This document shows positions 39,701 to 52,200 of a DNA stretch of 64,000 bases, piece after piece. The position numbers and the translations under genes are program-made. The stretch's first letter is position 1; each line of letters begins with the position of its first letter. The stretch lies in the NCBI GenBank assembly GCA_009103225.1, contig RHPI01001020.1:68905-132904 (forward strand), written 5' to 3'. The notes beneath the pieces are model-generated. The model was not told the origin of the DNA. It did not search any database and saw only the letters and a list, made by a program, of their open reading frames with translations. This stretch comes from Chlorokybus atmophyticus. Taxonomy: Eukaryota; Plantae; Mesostigma and Chlorokybus algae.

Positions 39701-42700
39701 TGCAACCTCTACTCAACTTACCTCTACTGCTGGACGGGAATCTACCGGACCTTTGGAGCTCAATGTGAGTGCTTGCAATCTGGTTGCCAAAGTGCTTGCA
39801 AGCTGTTACAACTGCTGGTGAGCACTAAGTACTGACCGACGTTCGCTATGCTCGGTGCAGCTCACGCGCTGTCGCACGCTGCAAGAGGCGATGATGCCTG
39901 CGCCTGCGGAAGAGTCCATGCCGCCACCACCTACAAGACCGCATCAGACACCTACGGTGCGTAGCGCACCCATCCTCACGCTGCAGCCTGAGGAGAGATC
40001 AGCCCTGGAGACATTCAGGGCTACAATCCACAACACAGTAGTCTTTCGATTGCGCAAGGACAACCAAGATGGGTTACTTAATCTGAAGGATGACTGGGCC
40101 AGCTATCTCTGGAGTGCAACATCTGTGCCAGACCCGGTGGTGAACGACGTTGAGTACTTGCCTGTTCTACCTTTCTGTCCAGATAAGATCGACAACCTCA
40201 AGATAGCACTTCTGCATCTGCGAGCCAAAGTCGTCCTCAGTGACCCAGAAACCAAGATCTGCATCACTGGAGACCAGAAAACATTTGCTCTAATGGTGGC
40301 TCTGAAGAAGGCAGAGCCTGGATACTGGGAGTGGTTTGTGCCAATACCCGGTGACTTTCATGTGCTAATGAATATGCAACCGGTGTTGATAAAGATCTAT
40401 TTGGATGCGGGGTGAGATGCACTGGCACCAGAGGCAGGGTATTCAGCCACAACTGCACGAAACCACTTGGCGGACGGCTCCCATTGGAAGCGCATCAACA
40501 GCTTCCTGTGCAAAGGCTGGGAGACATTGTATCGCCGCATGTATGACCTGTGGTGGACTGACGCAGATGTGGACACTAAGGCAATATGTGAAGAGGACTT
40601 GAATCAACATGGTATCCATGCTACCAAGTCCAGGGGCTTCTTCGCGCGCTGGGCTGTAGAGCAGGCAATGCAAGATGATACATGGCAGCTGTGGTGGAAC
40701 TTTGTTGACAGGGACATGCTGCATTACCTAGGCCTTTTTTGCGCTGTTCGCCAGAAGATCTGGCACCTTAGGGTGGCCAGTTGGAAGGGTCTCAGTCCGC
40801 TGCCATTCGCTTGGGACCGCTTCCATTACCAACGCCTCATGACTATCCACCTGGCAGACCTGCAGGTCATCCCTGCATCCCTGCTGGACATGCTGAAAGC
40901 AGGTGGCTTTGCGTTGAGTTTGACGGGCGCTCCAGGTCGTCACGTGGCTCTGGACGAGGCTCATGAGTACCTGGTGAACAGGGACATGAAGATGGGTCTT
41001 TGCAAGCCAACCAATGAACAATTACGGCAGAGATCACAGTAACTTGGCGAACGGAGCCAATCTCAAAAGCAGCTGGGGCGTCAACTCCTGCTGGAGATTA
41101 CCCCTGCCATGAGCGACATGGACGCTGATGCAGACGATGACCACGACAGAGTCATGCGCACACTTGCAGTCGATGCATCCCGCTGCGGCAGTGATCTGAG
41201 GCATATGGCTGAGCTACTCGACAGCACAGACGCTCTAGCCAGACCTCCCAAGCATCAGTTGACACATCTAACTACTGGGTTACCGGCAACTCCTGCTGCA
41301 GCCGCAGACCTAGCAAGGCAGTACACTGTTGGTGTGGAGGCTATGAGCAGTTTCGTGCATGTGGAGATATGCAGAGAGGCACCCACCTGCAAGGTGACGC
41401 GCAGATTCAACCTCCACACAATGGCCACAGTAGAGAAACGAGCCACCAAACAGTCAACTATGCTCAAGCAGTATCGACAGGAAATGTTGGTGGCTAAGAG
41501 ACTCGCATCCAATGGTGCAGACAGCCAGACAGTCACTGCACGATACTGTGAACATCCCTGGGCGCTGTTTGATGAGTTGACAGGAAAGATGAGGTCTGGT
41601 GATAAGGCCAAGTTCCTGTCGGAGGTAGCCGCCCACGATGCCCCCTGCTGGTCAACGAATGCACCTGCTGGCGTGGAGTGCATTATCCTGGAAGGCATGT
41701 TCCTCATCAACCAAGAGTGCCATCTAGGACAGGGCACCATCAGAGACCACATCGCGCACCTCATGCGTGCATGTGTGCTCAGTAGGCTGGCCAATCCGAG
41801 TGTGCGCAGCGTGCATATTGTTTTCGACACACCTAGATGGCAAACTGGCGTGAAGTCTTCGCTGCAGCGCGCACGTGACGGCGCAGATGCAGCTTCGGGC
41901 AGGAATCTCACACTTGATACAGAGCTGCCCAAGTCCTGGCGTGATTTGCTGAAGGATAGAAGTTTGAAACGGGCTCTGTGCGAGCTCATCACAGCACATC
42001 TGCCTGCGATGGTGGAGTCTTACCTAAGGCTGGATCAGGAGCTGGTGATCGCTGGTGGCTCTGACTGTCCAGACGTGGGTGACCTAGCAAGGGTGGTTGC
42101 GCGCAGCAGGAGCAATGAGGTGTCGCTCACGTATGTGGAGGATTACATGTGCAACCACGGTGAAGCAGACTCCAGGGTGTGGGTGCATGCACACAGAGCC
42201 CCATACAACAACATCATGGTCTTCTCACCGGACACTGATGTCACGATGATAGGGATGGCCATCACCGAAAGCTGGGATCAGCCATTCAAGGATGTGACCG
42301 TTCAGGTGGCTCAGAATTCGCGTGTGGCAACACGCCCGCCATTCATTCTCCCTGAGTCGTCTAGCTGAGCATGTGAGTAGCATGCATCAGTTGCACAGCA
42401 TCACCGATCGATGACGTGGTTGGCTGCTCCTGCTAGTCTATGCGGCGACGGGCTGCGATACTTCATTTATAGGTGGAATCTCCAAGCAGTTTATATGGCG
42501 TACTGTGCTGGCACAGCATGCAGACTTCATCACGTCCGGTGTGACTGCAGAGGACCACGACATGTGCTTCTTTGTGCTGAGGTTGATCGGATGCTCCTAC
42601 TTCGAGAAGTACAGGTCCTCATTCGACAGCGGTACCCCTGCTTCATTGTACTTCTCACTGCATGGGCCTGAAGCAACCACCAACGACAAGGGTTATCTGT

Positions 42701-43236
42701 CAGACTGGCTGGAGGCAATACACAAGACAGCATGGAAGAAAACTGCAACTCCACGTGACACTATCCCCACTGTGGATGCCCTGTGGCTACATGCACTGAG
42801 ATCGGTATATGCCTGCAACATGTGGTTGCAGAGCTGTGAATCAGACATGCGTCTGCCAGAGTTGGCGGACTATGGCTTTCAACAAGTGGATGGCGTTTGG
42901 TGGCCAGTTCAAGACCTGCCAGAAAATATGGAGGCTGCTATTGCCAGACGCAATGTACTCATGCATGGATGCAAGTGCAAGGGGCGCTGCAACAATCTAC
43001 GATGCAGCTGCAAGAAAGCAGGCCAGACTTGCACAGACACTTGCCAATGTATTGGTTGCGAAAATATCCATATTCAGGATAGCAGCAATAACTCCAGCGC
43101 CGCCGCCCAGCCTCCATGCAGTACACATCAACCACCACCATCCAATGTTAACTCTGGAGTCGACATACCTGATGATGTCTATGATGCCGACAGCGATGTG
43201 GAGGATTTGACCGACATGGACGTGGACGACATCTAG
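36745..43236 (+). pseudogene. Academ transposase-XPG/FEN1-like nuclease-CXC finger polyprotein, spliced, disrupted
   Basis: DDE-core motifs SIDNMD..HATSTQ, ITGDQKTF, IPGDFHVLMN, VALDEAHE..VNRDMK; PIN/XPG motifs HIVFDTP, NHGEADSRV, FSPDTDV, ATGCDTSFIGGISK; C-terminal CxCx3Cx4CxCx6Cx3CxCx2C. Lesions: TGA 40413, TAA 41040, frameshift near 42340, TGA 42412. Confidence 0.82.
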
Positions 43237-43298
43237 CCAGCCATTGGGTGACTTGCCAGATGCCATGCCGTTGACCGTCGCCACCCCCCCCCGCTGCC

Positions 43299-43332
<34 letters not shown>

Positions 43333-43393
43333 CTCCCACATCCACTACTTCGACTTACTACACTTCACGTGAACTCTGCCCACTCACTACAGC

Positions 43394-43828
43394 ATGCACC
43401 CGATTATTAGGTCATTGTGTGCAAACTTAGGGTGCGGGGCGACGTATCCCAAACGCATGTCCTGCATGTCCTCCATGTCGATGCTGGCCAAAATCGGTCG
43501 CAAAGCCTCGCTGGTGTGCTCAGTGTGCAATGCTTACGTGGTGACCAACGGTCAGCGTGCTCGACTCTATCGCCACCAAGAACAATGCAGGGAGTACCAG
43601 AGTCTCCATGGGTACACCGCATCTTGCTGGCACCACCATGCTGCCGGTATGCACATCATTGATTGCAAAGGCCGCCACAAGTGCACAGCTCCGGAATTCT
43701 ACCACAGGCAGTGCTTTTGCAACCAGTGTGAGCACTCGACTTTCGAGTGGCACGGTGCCCCCTTGCGATACATGCCTTATATACGACCCGGCACTGTAAC
43801 TCCAGGCCAGATCGTTTCCCTCACAGCA
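43394..43828 (+). CDS. Cys/His-rich ORF (putative zinc-binding), possibly exon 1 of the Tudor-MTase gene
   Basis: CANLGC, CSVC...RHQEQC, CWHHH, HKC..HRQCFCNQCEH; GT donor at 43829 in phase 0. Confidence 0.45.
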
Positions 43829-44206
43829 GTAAGCTGCGACGTCATGCCGGCACAATCACGCAGTGTGCTCACGCACAGTGCCCACTTCGTCCTACATGAT
43901 GGCATATTTTGCGCAGAGTTAACGCCCACGATGCGGCCGTGGAGACATGCAGCAGAATGCTCTCCCGGATGACGCTGTGCCCGAACGACAGGTGGCAATA
44001 CCTGCCGCAGGGTGAGAGCGGGAAGTGCAACATCTAATGCAGCATTTCTCTCTGCAGCAGTGGAGGTATATGCTTGACGTCATCGCTCACGTGCACGATC
44101 ATGCACGTGTGCTTAGTGTCGCAGTCGCGCGTTCAAGCGCATGCGCATGCACTTGCAGTCAGTGCACGCGTTGCACGAGGCTGAGCAATTCCACATGATA
44201 TTGCAG

Positions 44207-45436
44207 GGTACAACTTCATCCTCAAGCAACATCAGCGATGTGCGCCAGAGATGCCTGCGTGGTGGGCACTCTTTGATAGGGCTGGATGTGCAGGTATACT
44301 GGCCAGTTGATAAAGCATGGTATCAGGGCTTCATATACGCCCATAACAGCCGACAAGGTACTGATAACTACTACATAGGCAGTATGCTTTCAGTGCCATC
44401 TTGCAACTGACCACCATGCACGTGCCTGTGTGCTCACGTTGCAGGTAGGCACAGTGTGCGCTTCCGGGATGGTGATGTCCAGCACATGGTCATAGACAAA
44501 CACAACATCGTGGTGTCTGTTGTGGTGGACGGCGCACCCCACTGCATGCGAATTGGCGGATGCCGTTTGCCAACCAACCGCAAGGCACCACCACCAGTCA
44601 TGATATTACCTTTGCACAGCCAGTCGACACCCTTGCTTGTGACACACAGCGCCCTTTCTTTGGACGGAGTGCCTCACAGACCCAAGTTGTTGGACCTGTG
44701 CTGCGGTGGGGGTGGAGCCAGCATGGGTTTGTATCGGGCCGGGTTTGACGTGACTGGCTGCGATATCCACCCACAGCCAGACTACCCTTTCACATTCATC
44801 CAAGGCGATGCTATGCAAGTAGACCTCCATCCTTATGATGTGATCTGGGCCAGTCCGCCTTGCCAAGCATTTTCCCGATGCATACCTGATTCGCAACGTC
44901 GCCAACACTCGAGCACGTGGCATCACAGCACACTCCTCCTGGGCCTGCGCGCACGCCTGTAAGAGAGCGGTAAACCTTTTGTGATCGAGAACATCCTTGA
45001 TGCATCTCAGCACATGCAGCCCAACATGGTGTTGTGTGGCACCATGTTTGGTCTTGCCACCTTCAGGCACAGAGTCTTCGAGACGAACCCTGTGGTCAGT
45101 GTCGACTTGGTGTGTGACCACAACTCCAAGCGCCTTGGTGTGCTGTCTGGACATCGCACTGAAGCATGCCACATGCGCATGCCGTTGGGCACCCGACAGA
45201 TGTACCCCGTTTACGGACAGGCAGCATCCCGTGGCACCATGGCAGGGTGGAGCTTAGCTATGGGCATTCATTGGATATCAGCAGAGTCTACATTAGTAGA
45301 GTGCATCCCCCCTGCCTACTCTGAATATGTAGGCAGGCAGATGTTGGCAGCTCTTGGATACGTACTGCGCAGCTCGCCTCTGTCGTGGGCACAGGAAACT
45401 GTTGGGGGATGCAACAACACTTTGAATAGCAATTGA
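44207..45436 (+). pseudogene. Tudor domain fused to phage/bacterial-type C5 cytosine methyltransferase; one intron (44358-44444), one premature TAA (44960-44962)
   Basis: Tudor LIGLDVQVYWPVDKAWYQGFI...G/RHSVRFRDGDVQ; MTase I LLDLCCGGGGASMG, II GCDIHP, III IQGDA, IV IWASPPCQAFS, VI VIENI, VIII FRHRVFETN, IX/X AMGIHW...ECIPPAYSEYVGRQM. Confidence 0.88.
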
Positions 45437-45895
45437 GCAACTGTCTTCTTGCCATAGCACTATGTCACCGCAATGAACAGCAAATAACAGTTGTACAACC
45501 AAGTGGGGTCATGTGCTGTAGTTGCTGCCTTCATGTCGAGTAATCACATGTCTACAGGGCATAACATCATGAATGTGCGCAGCCAGTGAGTCCATGGCAT
45601 AGCAGATAGCAGTGAGGATGTGTGCACTAGTTGCACAACTGATGCACACTGATCACATATCTACCAACATACAATTAACAGCCAGAGGGCAGATCACTGT
45701 ATATACAAACCAACTATACATGCAGCTACAGACATTGAGTGTGCACAACTCCTACAGACCGCACATACCCGCACATGAGTGCATTTAGAGCTGCCTTCGC
45801 AGCACACATACACATACTCGCTGGCAACCACAATGGCTGATGTACACAACAGCACATGCATGCAGCTGCCTACACTCCTGTACACACAGCCATTG

Positions 45896-46960
45896 CTAGC
45901 CCACCAGTAGTGCACAGTTGCTCACACCAACTACCGGCCGCATCTGGCTCCACCTGGCGTTCCCATCAGCCACCGGGTCCTGCACAGCAATTATATTTAC
46001 AGTTGCAGGCATAGCCATCAGAGCGCCTGTGATGCGCGCACACAGCATCACGCGCGCACGCAATGGCTCACACAGCGTTCTGCCATCAGCCCACAACAAC
46101 CTCATCACACACAACTCGATGCTCTGGACATACTAACACTGGACGCCGCACACAAACTATGTAGCAAGTGCACAATGACAGTCGGTACACACCTCGTTCT
46201 ATGGGCATAACTGGCTGCCACCCTCCGCCCTCCACTGCAGGGGGTGGATGCGGCAAACCCGGGTTGTCATCGTCACCATCATCGCCGCCTTGCAAAGGAT
46301 GCAGACTCCATTGCCCCACTTCAAAAGGCAGCCATTCTGTGTCGTGCCATTGCTCAACCTAGTGTCGTCTACGTCCAGGGTCAGCATCACACTCAATGCC
46401 AATCACCCAGCGCGCCAGCGAGACACCGCCCACCACATGTTCAACTATCAACAGATCACTACCAAGGCGTGGAGGGAAGCCGGACGGCCTAAGCAACCTT
46501 TGCAAACTAAATCTAAACCCAAACCCACCAGGCAACTCAACATGCAACTCCCGTACACCAGCAACACCATCAACAGGCGTTCCCATTATATGCACCGGCC
46601 ATCCAATAGGTACCTTCGCAACAGGTGAGACAACATCAGAATTCCTCACATCACTCCGTCATTTACACACGCACTACTGCATCGAATGAGAACACTCACC
46701 TGCTCGTATGCAGACTGGTAAAATGCTCGACTCCTTCTGATGAAGGGGAGCGAACCGCCAAGAGCAAATGTCAACGACGGCGGGACTGCATCACCCACCC
46801 CTACAGGTGCCGCCATGTCCAGATCTAACCACCGATCAGGCTGCACCGGCACACGCCTGCCGCCGCCGCCCGCAACCACACCATCAACAACCCTTCTATC
46901 CCCAGCGACGCCTGCCAACCTACATAGCGTAACAATACGTCGATTTCGAGCTGGCGGCAA
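45896..46960 (-). pseudogene. Spliced gene of unknown function convergent on the MTase; in-frame TAG at 46359-46361; possible degenerate Tudor-like segment
   Basis: Exons 46960-46695 and 46612-46170 joined by a GT-AG intron; segment RWVIG...RRRH*VEQWHDTEWLPF..W resembles a Tudor beta-barrel pattern. Confidence 0.35.
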
Positions 46961-47385
46961 ACGGCGACAAACCGCTGTTACTAGACACGGAAAACCGTTT
47001 ACTCACAACCAACCAGCCCTGACCAAACGGTTGCCACAATCTGCTGACAGTCGGACAACACTGAGCTCCAGCACACTTTCGACTGCGGAACGCGCTCAAC
47101 CGACACTGATCCGTCAGCGCTGGGCGAAGCGGAGGGCCGTCGAGATGAGGGAATTCGACAACCACATCAAGCGCGGTTTGCAACTGTCAGGAGACGCCTG
47201 ACGACACCATATCGCGCGGAACACTGCGTCATTCACCAAGCACGGCGATGCACAGGACTGGCCGGGCCGGCACAAGCTTTGCCAGTGGGAAGGCCCCTTA
47301 GCGTCCTGACTGTGAGCAACTGACATGCAGCTGGTCACGTAAAGAAGTGATACATCATAACGTTAGTCCCCCTTCATCAAGTGCA

Positions 47386-47560
47386 ACTAGTGGTGCGGCT
47401 GTTTGGTCGGGCCGGCCCTCATTTGTAGTGGTCCACACGGGCCACGAGCGGCATCCGCGACTCACAATTACTCGCGAGTGCCGGGCTGCGCGGCAGTGTG
47501 CGCGGCCGCCTGCCTTCTATTGGCTGGACAGCGACGATGACGACCAAGCCGTTGGATGTA
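47386..47560 (+). repeat. Dispersed GC-rich repeat, copy A
   Basis: Shares gccgggctgcgcggcag...ccgcctg...attggct with 59917-60045 and actag.ggtgcggctg with 58404. Confidence 0.7.
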
Positions 47561-49299
47561 CATCAATTCTGTCTCACCCGTCAAAAGTACACCCTCACGG
47601 CATGGAATTGCATGTGTGAACAAATGGCAATAATGATTCCATTGATAAGATAATTATAAATCACAGGGCGGTATTGGCACATATGGCCGCATGGACATGC
47701 GGGGACAGTGCATTTAACCTATACACGTTCGATTGAACAAATGCGATGGGACGATCCGTTGTAAATTACAACTGATCAATACCGTTCCTGCCCCCATCAT
47801 AATCAATCATACAGCACATACTTGTGTTATCGCTGCATAGGTGCCAAAAAAACCGTATGCAATACGCATAATACTGGAAGGACACAACTTTGAGTTTTTA
47901 TGTAGCAACGTATACAATAGATCAATTTCAAAGCAGTCTACTAAGATTGCTTAGAAATGTATCCATTGAATTGGTCCCACCATATATGAATAGGAGGAGC
48001 GCCGTCACGTTGCAGTGCGTCAATTCAGTTGCTGCGTAAACTAGGCGGTGACATCGTCGGAAACGCCGTTACCAAGTATGAGGTACAAAGCCGAAAGCTT
48101 CTATTACCGCTTGGGCGACGGCGAAGGAGAAACGGCATATTTGGTGTCGCGCGCATTATCAACACAGCGCAACACTGTACCGTGATCGTTCTAAGAAGCG
48201 CGTTTCCATTGGTACGAGGTTGCTCCCACCTTATGCCCCAAATAATCTTCTCACCCAATGTATTAACAACAATCTCACTCTGATCGTCACAATGCACGCT
48301 ACCGTTATTGCGACTGTTTTTCGTTTGGGCGGCCGCCAATGTATCAGCCGAACAAGAAAAGCTTGATGCACGTACGGTTCGCTCTTATCGCTACAACCAG
48401 TGCGGTAGCGATTCCGACGTGGAAGATAATAAGACTGGTGTGCCGTACGAGGGGAAGGTGTCAGCATGAATCTGCGCGCAACCCCCTCGGCGGAGGCGGA
48501 GGCGGCGGCAGAGGCGGCGGCGTGCGTGGCGCGGTCGGCAATGACGTGACTACTACGCGTCTGCGTCTTGTGCTTCTGTGGGAACCACTTTGCACCACTC
48601 CTTCTCAGGTGAGCAGCTCAATGCTGCCACACCAGCTTGGTGTTTTCCATTCCACAGCCCTCCTCGACTGCCGGCAATTAGGGTTGGCGTGATGGTGGCT
48701 GACTGTTGCGGTTGCCATTGAGCTTGTGGTCGTGGCCGTGGTTGTGGATGTTGCTGTTGTCATCGTCGCCGAAAATGGTTGTCCAGTATTTTGCTTCTGC
48801 CTGTATGCACGTAATGCGACATGTCGTCCAAAGCGACGAGGCCACATGCGCTTGCTCCTCGCAATCAATCAATCAGTCAAGCTCAAACTGTCTACTCATT
48901 CCAAGCAATTGCGTACAGCAGTGGTTCGCTCAATTTGTTGTGATCTATAGAGTGTGCGCTTCGCCTGAGGTCGCTCCGGACTGTCAGGTGTCGCACTGGT
49001 TGCTTGCAATGGAGTAGGAACTGCTGCTGTGTCACCCACACATGCAGGCCTGTGTGCACATGCGTATGTTCAGTATGCACGCACACATCCATATGCATAC
49101 GCTACACTCATGCGCATGCAACCACCTGCTTTGACTTGACACATACATACCACTTCATGTGCACATACATGTATACGTACACATCCACATACAAGTTCAT
49201 GCATGCATCAGTTGCGTGTGCAGATAGGCGTCACATCACATGCTTCAGATCGCTTATGTCAATCTAAACTTTGCAGGCTTGCACGTGGCGACAGCAGCC

Positions 49300-52200
49300 A
49301 TGAGTTTGGCCCTCGGTGGTTGCGCCGCTGTGGGTCTCGCACCCTCGCGCGCATACAAGAAGCACAACCACCACCACCACACCCTCAGAGCAAAGCAGCA
49401 CCATGCAATAACAATTGGACCCCACACACAACGCCACCAACACAGATCTCACCCACTCGCACCCGCGCGCTGCTGCTCATCAACACCACCATCATCACCA
49501 TCACCATCATCATCATCATCATCATCATCAAAGAGCGAGGAGGAGATTCAGTCAAGACTTGAAGCTAGACTTTCTGCTTTGGATGCATTGTTGCCCGACC
49601 GGCCTCGCAAGCCTGCTGCCGCTGCGAGTCCTTTCTCGGCGCCGTCGCGTGCAGTTGTGGTCGAAACTGATGAAGCCAGCAGTTCAACACAACAAGATGG
49701 AGAAGAAGAGCCGTCGCGGCCTACTGTGGCGCTGACGGCGACAACATCGATGCAAAATCAGGCTGGAGACAACAAACCGTCCAGCACCTTTACCAAGGTA
49801 TCGCCGTATTGTCTGAAAAGTACATGTACATATATGTAGATGTGATGACATGTGTACGTGACTTTTCACACGCACACACACACGCATGCGTATGTGCACC
49901 CGCATGTACACGCACAAGCAGTGCTCATATACATGCGCGCTGACACGCAGCCACACACTCACACAAGGCTCATACTGCACTGGTGAAGCTGTACATGCAC
50001 AGGAAATGCGTGCGCACATGTGTTGATATGCATCCGCGCATCAGCCCTTACCAACCCAACAAGTGGCTTTGTTCACAGACCTTCCAGCTCGACAGCGACG
50101 ATGTTGATGCGGACAAGATCAGAAAACTGCTCAAAGACAGCCTCAAAGAGAATTTCGGGAACGACTTGCCGGAAGCCGAGCTGGATATGATGCTGGAAGA
50201 GATGGTGTCGGACATCACATTGGCCAAAGAGAGGTTACAAGACAATCCGGACGGCGCGGGGCCAACAGTCATAAAGCGCAAAACAGTCGTGGAGGTGGGT
50301 TATGAGACATTTTACATTGGCTTTGAACCGCGTGTGCACGTTTGGTTGATTGTTATTTGTGCAGGTGTCGGAGTCGTTTATTGACAGTATCATGGACACG
50401 TTGGACTCGGACAGTCCCGTGTGGGACTCTCCCATGGAGCTGTGGTACATGTTTGTGGCGATGATGGGCATGGATGTCGCCGCAGAGCGCCAACTCGGCA
50501 GCTTGGACGGCCTGGCTTACATATCAATATCAACAGTAAGAGCAGCTTCGCAACAATGCACATTATGTTGGTTTGCGACACACACAAGTATCTCACCCTT
50601 GTAACATTTGTGCAGGAGGTGCAGAGGAGGGCTGAGCACACGCAGTACTCGGTGGACTTGTGGGACGACAAACACGAGCGGGAGGGTGCGGGCGGGGAGG
50701 GACAACATCATTCTGTTGGGTCGTTCAAGTTCAGGAGCAGTGCTGTTGTCAACGCCGCCGCGGCGTTTGCCGACGGCCGCCAGCTGATACACAAAGTCCT
50801 GAGGAAGGATGTGTTCACTGAGATGACGAACAACTTTCAGTACCGCACAGGTTGGTTGTGTACATGTGTGTGTTGTATTGATGGTGGATGTGACTTGGTG
50901 GTTGTGTGTGCGCAGCGTGGATATTTACCGGGAAGCTTGCGGAGGGCGACGCGGATGAAGTCAGAGCGTGCATCCAAAGCAGGCTGGATGAGAACTTCCC
51001 TGGAGCCAATTTTGCGGCGTTCTTGCTGCCGCAGCCGGAGGGCCAAGATGACGTGTGCGCCATCATCCCAGAGGTGTGGGTGTGTTGCGTGCAAGCAGGA
51101 ACACTTGCGTGTCCTCAGGCATGCGCATGCTTGTACTTGTGCGTGTGTGTGGGCATGTGTGTACTGTCAGTGTCATCATCTCCGCAGTATAACAGTTATC
51201 AGTAATACGATTCACATGCTTCTCTGTTGTTCAGGTTGAAGACGACTCCAATGAGGGTTTGCTCGACAGCTCAGATGTGCCGAGCGGCATCTTGTTCTTC
51301 GCGCTTCTCTTCTTTGTATGGGTCTGCTTGGGTTTGCCGTCCACCGCCGAGGGACCCGACACCAACCTGCTGTACCTCCAGCTCGGCGTCGGCTTGTATA
51401 CCACGTACAGACTCTCACAAGCTGCGCGGATACTCGTCCTCAAGTCGTATGGGTGCGACATACTGAAGGTATGTTGTGTACTGTTGGTATGTGCAACAAT
51501 GCACTCGCCAAAAGTGGTATACCAAAACAGACACACGCACGGACGCACACACATGCACACACACATGCAGACGCACACTCGCACACACACACACACACAG
51601 AGACACACACACACACACATGTGCACACGCAGGCTACGATGCTCCCCTTTGCGGCGCCGGGTTTGGGTCTCGTGGGTTCGACCATCGCGTTGGACGAGAA
51701 CCTTCCCAACCGCAAGGCGATGACGGACGTGGCGCTGGCAGGCTCGGCGGTGTCCTGCCTGGTGTCGTTGGCCATGGTGTACGCGGGCCTGCACGTGGTG
51801 CCCGAAGGCATGGACCCGTTCCAAGCCGGACTCATCTTCGTGCCGTGCTCGCTGTTTGAACACTCGTCGTGGCTCCTGGCACTGGTAGGCAAGCTAGTTT
51901 GTGCACCACAACATGTATCACACCTGCTGCGTGCGTTGGTGTGTGTCTCTCTCAGTGCATGGGCGCGTGTGCGTGTTCTTGCACAGCACAAGCGTGTGAG
52001 CCAACGGAGTTGACCAAGTCTCTTGGCTCACACGCTTGTGCATGCGTTGGCATGCAGAATGAATGTGCGCGCGTGTGCGCGTGCACAGAGCCATTGGCTG
52101 AAACACGCTTGCATTGCAGGCTGGGTATGTGCAGACGGCCGTTGTGAGGGGTGCGGACGATCAGTTGTTGACCGCCTTCCACCCGTTGACGCTGGCGGGG

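Larger units (their letters stand above)
36300..47400 (+). mobile_element. Academ (AcademX-type) DNA transposon with cargo genes; termini not resolved, coordinates approximate
   Basis: Transposase + XPG-like nuclease + Cys-rich finger architecture, followed by co-decayed accessory genes. Confidence 0.65.

Noticed and set aside
1-45436. RIP-like CpA-to-TpA mutagenesis inferred from stop codons in TEs
   Set aside because: Most transition-derived stops necessarily arise from CAA/CAG/TGG, so the bias is built into the code; a consensus alignment would be needed.
37556-46361. In-frame TAA/TAG at Gln-compatible positions in the Academ region (37556, 41040, 44960, 46359) suggesting a TAR=Gln genetic code
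   Set aside because: The same element also has in-frame TGA (40413, 42412) and a frameshift, and host genes end in TAG or TAA (SMN, GST, E3 ligase, Cys-rich gene). Ordinary pseudogenisation explains it.
36321-48477. Possible Academ TIR pair (tagccagcagattcatg at ~36321 vs catgaatctgc at ~48466)
   Set aside because: Only an 11-bp match, with no terminal symmetry or TSD; compatible with chance.
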